DNA of 40,113 nt from Flavobacteriales bacterium (GTDB taxonomy: Bacteria > Bacteroidota > Bacteroidia > Flavobacteriales > BACL11), in contig DUAL01000074.1 in NCBI GenBank assembly GCA_012960835.1, positions 1 to 40,113 on the forward strand. Direction: 5' to 3'. Each line of letters starts with the position of its first letter. Position 1 is the first letter of the stretch. Under the pieces are notes generated by a model. The model did no database searches. It was not told where the DNA came from and saw only the letters and a list, made by a program, of their open reading frames with translations. The position numbers and the translations under genes were made by a program. Below, in pieces: positions 36,156-40,113 of this stretch.

Positions 36156-36764
36156 TTATAAAGCGGTCGTGTATCTTCTATTTACTTCCTCCCAATTGAT
36201 TACACTAAAAAAGGCAGCAATGTAATCTGGGCGTCTGTTTTGGTAGTTTAGGTAGTAGGCATGTTCCCATACATCCAAACATAATATTGGCGTGCAACCA
36301 CACTGGTCATCCATTAAAGGATTATCCTGATTAGCAGAAGAAGAAATTTTTAACTCTCCACTGTTTAAACCAAGCCAAGCCCATCCAGAACCAAATCTTG
36401 TTCCGGCTGCTTTGGAAAATTCAGTTTTAAAATTATCAAAACTCCCAAATTTAGAATTAATTGCATTTGCTAATTCTCCTGTAGGATTTCCTCCTCCATT
36501 TGGACTCATGATATTCCAAAATAGGCAGTGGTTGTAGTATCCTCCACCATTATTACGAACTGCTCCACTTAATCCTGGAGTAGCACAAATTTCTTCAATG
36601 CTTTTGCCTTCCATATCGGTTCCGGCAATGGCATTATTTAAATTATTGGTGTATCCCTGATGGTGTTTGCTATGGTGAATTTCCATAGTTCTGGCATCAA
36701 TATGAGGCTCTAATGCATCATATTCGTAAGGTAATTTTGGTAATTCGAATGACATAATTTTCAT
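36156..36764 (-). CDS. sodA: Fe/Mn-family superoxide dismutase (Mn-type or cambialistic signature)
   Basis: [24 protein letters not shown] and [21 protein letters not shown] 36755 (MSFELP...) is an equally plausible start. Confidence 0.92.
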   Translation of the reverse strand: MKIMSFELPKLPYEYDALEPHIDARTMEIHHSKHHQGYTNNLNNAIAGTDMEGKSIEEICATPGLSGAVRNNGGGYYNHCLFWNIMSPNGGGNPTGELANAINSKFGSFDNFKTEFSKAAGTRFGSGWAWLGLNSGELKISSSANQDNPLMDDQCGCTPILCLDVWEHAYYLNYQNRRPDYIAAFFSVINWEEVNRRYTTAL

Positions 36765-36775
36765 TTTTTAATGGT

Positions 36776-37612
36776 TTATAATAGAATTTGCCAAGCATCA
36801 TTTACATTGCCTTGGCTCAAATATTTTTTTGCTAATATATGTTTTTCTCCCGTATTTTTTTCTTCTCTTTCCAAGAAATCTGTTTTTGCTGGTATTTCTT
36901 CCAAAGATGCCAATATGGCCAAATCACTTCCTGATAAAATAGAACTTTTTCTTATTTCATTTGGTAAGTTATCAAAGCCCATTCCAATTTTACCAATGGG
37001 TTTTTTTAACTGAAACAAACTATCTTTTGTTGCTTTTCCGTACCAATTTCCGCCAAGGCGAGAAAGCGCCCCTAATTTCAAAGGGTCAATATTTTTATCT
37101 TCATCCAAAATAGACTCATCAATATGGATTTTTAATACTTCACAAATCACCAAATTTCCAGCACCCCCTTCTTCTCCTAATGCAATCACTTCATTCACTT
37201 TGCATTCAAAATTTACAGGGGATTCTTTAATCAAATAAGGAGTTACCAAATCTGCTTTTACAGCTGTAAAACCTGCTTTTTCAAATTCGTTCACACCTTT
37301 TTCAAAATCGCAACTACTAAGGGAAACTTGCTGTGCCATTTCAGCCGTTACTATACCAATGACTACTTCTTTAGTTTCAATAACATTTCCTAAAGTATGT
37401 TTGGTAGTGTTGCCTCTCACTCTTCTTGCAGGAGAGAAAATCAAGATTGGAGGGTTTGCAGAAAAGGCATTAAAAAAGCTAAAGGGGCTTAAATTAAGAT
37501 TACCATCACTATCAAGCGTGCTCGCAAAAGCGATTGGTCTTGGAGCAACAGCTCCTAAAATGTACTTATGTACAAGAGAAGTTTTTTCCGTTTTTGGGTC
37601 AATAGTCAGCAT
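36776..37612 (-). CDS. flavin reductase-like domain protein with C-terminal extension
   Basis: APRPIAFASTLDSDGNLNLSPFSFFNAFSANPP matches the flavin-reductase-like FMN-binding split barrel. 278 aa. Confidence 0.75.
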   Translation of the reverse strand: MLTIDPKTEKTSLVHKYILGAVAPRPIAFASTLDSDGNLNLSPFSFFNAFSANPPILIFSPARRVRGNTTKHTLGNVIETKEVVIGIVTAEMAQQVSLSSCDFEKGVNEFEKAGFTAVKADLVTPYLIKESPVNFECKVNEVIALGEEGGAGNLVICEVLKIHIDESILDEDKNIDPLKLGALSRLGGNWYGKATKDSLFQLKKPIGKIGMGFDNLPNEIRKSSILSGSDLAILASLEEIPAKTDFLEREEKNTGEKHILAKKYLSQGNVNDAWQILL

Positions 37613-37615
37613 CTT

Positions 37616-38614
37616 TTACATATTTTTCTTGAGTGCAAATAAGGAATGTGTATCGTTTTCCAAAACTATTTTATTTTTGATTCTTCCTAATCCTTCAATT
37701 TCCATTTCTATTACATCTCTATCTTTTAACCAAACTGGCTCATAATCTGGATTTGCTAGTTTATGTGATCCATTTAATTCGAGCAAACAACCCGTTCCTA
37801 CTGTTCCGGAACCAATAACATCACCTGGAAGAATATCAGCACCATATGCGCATCTTTCCACAATTTCGGCAAAAGTCCAATTCATATCTTTCATATTTCC
37901 CTCAGATAACAACTCTCCATTTACCCAACACTTCATATTTAAACTATACGTATCTCCATCATGACCTTCAGCTGTTTCTACTTTTTTATCAGCCAACTCC
38001 TCTTTTGTCACCAAATAAGGGCCAATAATGGTGCAGAAATCTTTTCCTTTTGCAGGACCTAAATTTAATTTCATTTCCTCCATTTGAAGTGCTCTTGCAC
38101 TCATATCATTCATAATTAAATAGCCAGCAATATAGTCATCCGCATCTTTGGCTTTTATATTTCTTCCCTTTTCCCCAATAACAATAGCAGCTTCTAGCTC
38201 AAAATCCAACTTTTGCATATGATCAGGCATACATAAAATATCATCAGTTGGACCTAAAATTGCATTGTGGTTGGTAAAATAAAAAATAGGGAATTGATCA
38301 AATTCCGGAATCATATCTACCCCTCTATTTCTTCTGGCTGTGGCTACATGTTGCCTAAAAGCATAAGCATCTCTACAGGATGGAGGGCAAGGAACAGGAG
38401 CTAATAATTTAGTTTCAGTTAGAGAAATGCCTTCCAAATTTGAACTACCATTTTTTATACTTTCTTCTACAGTTTTTGCTTTCTCCATAGCGCTTTGCCC
38501 CATTTGCAAAAAGTCGTTCATACTGCTTGCAATAGCGTTTAAGGAATAGATTTTATCATTGAGAAGAAGTCCTAAATCAGCCCGCTCTTTATTGGTATAT
38601 GTTACAATCTTCAT
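37616..38614 (-). CDS. fumarylacetoacetate hydrolase (FAH) family protein, short form
   Basis: Metal-binding block DFELEAAIVIGE, NDMSARALQ and GPAKGKDF. 332 aa. Divergent from hmgA. Confidence 0.85.
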   Translation of the reverse strand: MKIVTYTNKERADLGLLLNDKIYSLNAIASSMNDFLQMGQSAMEKAKTVEESIKNGSSNLEGISLTETKLLAPVPCPPSCRDAYAFRQHVATARRNRGVDMIPEFDQFPIFYFTNHNAILGPTDDILCMPDHMQKLDFELEAAIVIGEKGRNIKAKDADDYIAGYLIMNDMSARALQMEEMKLNLGPAKGKDFCTIIGPYLVTKEELADKKVETAEGHDGDTYSLNMKCWVNGELLSEGNMKDMNWTFAEIVERCAYGADILPGDVIGSGTVGTGCLLELNGSHKLANPDYEPVWLKDRDVIEMEIEGLGRIKNKIVLENDTHSLFALKKNM

Positions 38615-38631
38615 GCTTATTTTATTTTGTG

Positions 38632-38639
38632 CAAACTTA
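38632..38639 (-). promoter_or_regulatory. putative -7 box TAAGTTTG for the FAH-flavin reductase-sod unit
   Basis: Plus strand CAAACTTA, 17 nt upstream of ATG 38614. Confidence 0.4.
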
Positions 38640-38712
38640 TTAAAAAAAATTGCTTTTGTATTTGTTTTTGAGCAATCAAAAAATATCCGTAATTTGCACT
38701 AAAATTTAGCAA

Positions 38713-39870
38713 ATGCCTTTTTATCATAAATTGGGTAAAATCCCACACAAAAGACACACCACTTTTAAAAAAGAAGATGGTAATTTTCATTATGAAGAAC
38801 TTTTTGGAACCATTGGTTTTGATGGGATGTCTTCTTTATTGTATCATCTACACAGGCCTACTCAAGTAAAAGAAATTGCAAAGGCCTATTCAGTAGTTCC
38901 AGAAATTGCTGTTGAGAAAAACTTAAAATCCTATCTGTTAAAAGGCTTTGAAGCGCCTAAAGTAGCTGATCATTTAGAGAGTAGAATTTCGATAATGATA
39001 AATAATGATTTGAATATTTTATTATCTGCTCCAACTAATTTGGAAGAAGATTATTTTTACAAAAATACAGATGGAGATGAGGTAATTTTTGTACATAAAG
39101 GGACAGGCACCTTACGTACTTTTGTAGGGAACATCAAGTTTAAGGAAGGTGATTATTTGGTGATTCCAAGAGGAATGATTTACACCATGAAATTTGATTC
39201 TGCTGAAAACAGATTATTTATTGTTGAATCTTACACTCCTGTATATACGCCAAAAAGATACAGAAATCATTTTGGTCAATTATTAGAAAACTCTCCATAT
39301 TGCGAAAGGGATTTAAGAAAACCAGAAAATTTGGAAACCCATGATGAAAAGGGAGATTTTATTATCAAAATAAAAAAGGAGCAAATGATTCATGAGTATA
39401 CTTATGCCTCTCATCCTTTTGATGTTGTTGGTTGGGACGGCTATAATTTTCCTTATGCTTTTTCCATTCATGATTTTGAGTCCATAACAGGGAGGGTACA
39501 TCAACCACCACCTGTTCATCAAACTTTTGAAACTTCTAGGTTTGTAATATGTTCTTTTTGTCCAAGAATGTATGATTATCATCCTGAGTCTATTCCTGCC
39601 CCTTACAACCATTCCAATATTGATTCGGATGAGGTTCTTTATTATGTTGATGGTGATTTTATGAGCAGGAATCATGTAGAGGAAGGATATATTTCCTTGC
39701 ATCCTGCAGGCATTCCACACGGACCACATCCTGGGGCAATGGAAAGAAGTATTGGAGAAAAACAAACAGATGAATTGGCAGTTATGATTGATACTTTTGC
39801 ACCACTTAAGTTAACAAAAGCAGCTATTGATTTATCAGATGGGAAGTATCATAAATCATGGTTAGAATAA
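38713..39870 (+). CDS. hmgA: homogentisate 1,2-dioxygenase
   Basis: 385 aa cupin-type protein. YHKLGKIPHKRHT N-terminus and HPAGIPHGPHPG C-terminal motif. Adjacent to hppD and a FAH-family gene. Confidence 0.88.
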   Translation: MPFYHKLGKIPHKRHTTFKKEDGNFHYEELFGTIGFDGMSSLLYHLHRPTQVKEIAKAYSVVPEIAVEKNLKSYLLKGFEAPKVADHLESRISIMINNDLNILLSAPTNLEEDYFYKNTDGDEVIFVHKGTGTLRTFVGNIKFKEGDYLVIPRGMIYTMKFDSAENRLFIVESYTPVYTPKRYRNHFGQLLENSPYCERDLRKPENLETHDEKGDFIIKIKKEQMIHEYTYASHPFDVVGWDGYNFPYAFSIHDFESITGRVHQPPPVHQTFETSRFVICSFCPRMYDYHPESIPAPYNHSNIDSDEVLYYVDGDFMSRNHVEEGYISLHPAGIPHGPHPGAMERSIGEKQTDELAVMIDTFAPLKLTKAAIDLSDGKYHKSWLE

Positions 39871-39882
39871 ATAGGTAATGAA

Positions 39883-40113
39883 ATGAGAGACGACTTATCA
39901 AAAATAGAAACGACCACTTCTTCACTTGAAAAGATATTTCCTGATGCACAGGATTTCCTTCCTTTATTTGGAACAGATTATGTGGAGTTTTATGTAGGAA
40001 ACGCAAAACAAGCAGCCCATTTTTACAAAACAGCTCTTGGTTTTCAGTCTTTGGCTTATGCAGGTTTAGAAACTGGCGTTACTGATAGAACTTCATATGT
40101 TGTGGTGCAGGAC
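39883..40113 (+). CDS. hppD: 4-hydroxyphenylpyruvate dioxygenase, N-terminal fragment (3' end outside window)
   Basis: Absent from the ORF track because it has no stop in the window. My translation from ATG 39883 is MRDDLSKIETTTSSLEKIFPDAQDFLPLFGTDYVEFYVGNAKQAAHFYKTALGFQSLAYAGLETGVTDRTSYVVVQD. The block VEFYVGNAKQAAHFY...GF is the conserved HPPD N-terminus. Confidence 0.85.
   Translation, partial: MRDDLSKIETTTSSLEKIFPDAQDFLPLFGTDYVEFYVGNAKQAAHFYKTALGFQSLAYAGLETGVTDRTSYVVVQD

Noticed and set aside
38615-38712. Promoter for hmgA in the FAH/hmgA divergent region
   Set aside because: On the plus strand I only find 7-mers with one n missing (TAATTTG, TATTTTG) and no exact TAnnTTTG, so I did not call a feature. 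A promoter must exist there, but I cannot place it.
39313-39765. 150-aa antisense ORF inside hmgA
   Set aside because: No domain-like features and an Ile/Arg/Met/Asn-rich composition, while hmgA on the plus strand is strongly supported. The length is somewhat unusual for an AT-rich genome, but there is no start context or promoter box.
1-40113. Search for tRNA/rRNA genes, CRISPR arrays, IS elements, integrases, phage or defence-type gene islands, and toxin-antitoxin pairs
   Set aside because: Coding density is very high and the longest gap is 262 bp. Every gene above about 110 aa except three membrane proteins or lipoproteins has a housekeeping-type family assignment. I saw no spaced direct-repeat arrays, no terminal inverted repeats, and no compositionally distinct segment. 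I therefore cannot support a claim of a mobile element or a novel defence-like system here.

Overview
This is an AT-rich, very tightly packed stretch of core chromosome. I found no rRNA, tRNA, CRISPR array, transposase, integrase, phage module or recognisable defence island. It looks like a Bacteroidota (Flavobacteriia-like) genome for three reasons: TAnnTTTG -7 promoter boxes recur in front of transcription units, no Shine-Dalgarno-like purine tracts stood out upstream of the starts I examined, and secreted proteins show Gln at +1 of predicted signal-peptidase-I sites. I call 47 protein genes, two of them cut by the window edges (polA at the 5' end; hppD at 39883, which has no stop codon in the window and so is missing from the ORF track). 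Content is mostly housekeeping. It includes three aminoacyl-tRNA synthetases (cysS, aspS, trpS), gatC, four tRNA-modification genes (trhO, queD, tadA, dusB), gmk, nadD, rbfA and hflX. It also includes plsC, ctaB plus a DUF420 gene, an ExbB/ExbD operon, sod, and a tyrosine-catabolism cluster (FAH-family hydrolase, hmgA, hppD). Several ORF-track models are over-extended at the N-terminus, and I shortened them using promoter position and family N-termini (aspS, tadA, rbfA, the M28 peptidase, the CPBP protease, and small membrane proteins). I do not see a convincing, self-contained novel multi-gene system, and I do not want to overstate that. The observations most worth a second look are these. 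(1) A repeated TATCTTTGC box lies only 4-5 nt from start codons, which implies leaderless mRNAs for at least five genes. (2) A translationally coupled pair of secreted amidohydrolase-fold proteins has one standalone module and one fused module that appear to have lost the metal and catalytic residues. (3) Two tandem, apparently paralogous ~72-aa glycine-rich membrane proteins are each on their own promoter and separated by the only strong terminator in the window. (4) An uncharacterised 108-aa membrane protein is translationally coupled inside the ExbB-ExbD-ExbD operon. (5) A 12-bp tandem repeat, mini-ORF and hairpin sit at the cysS/M28-peptidase junction.
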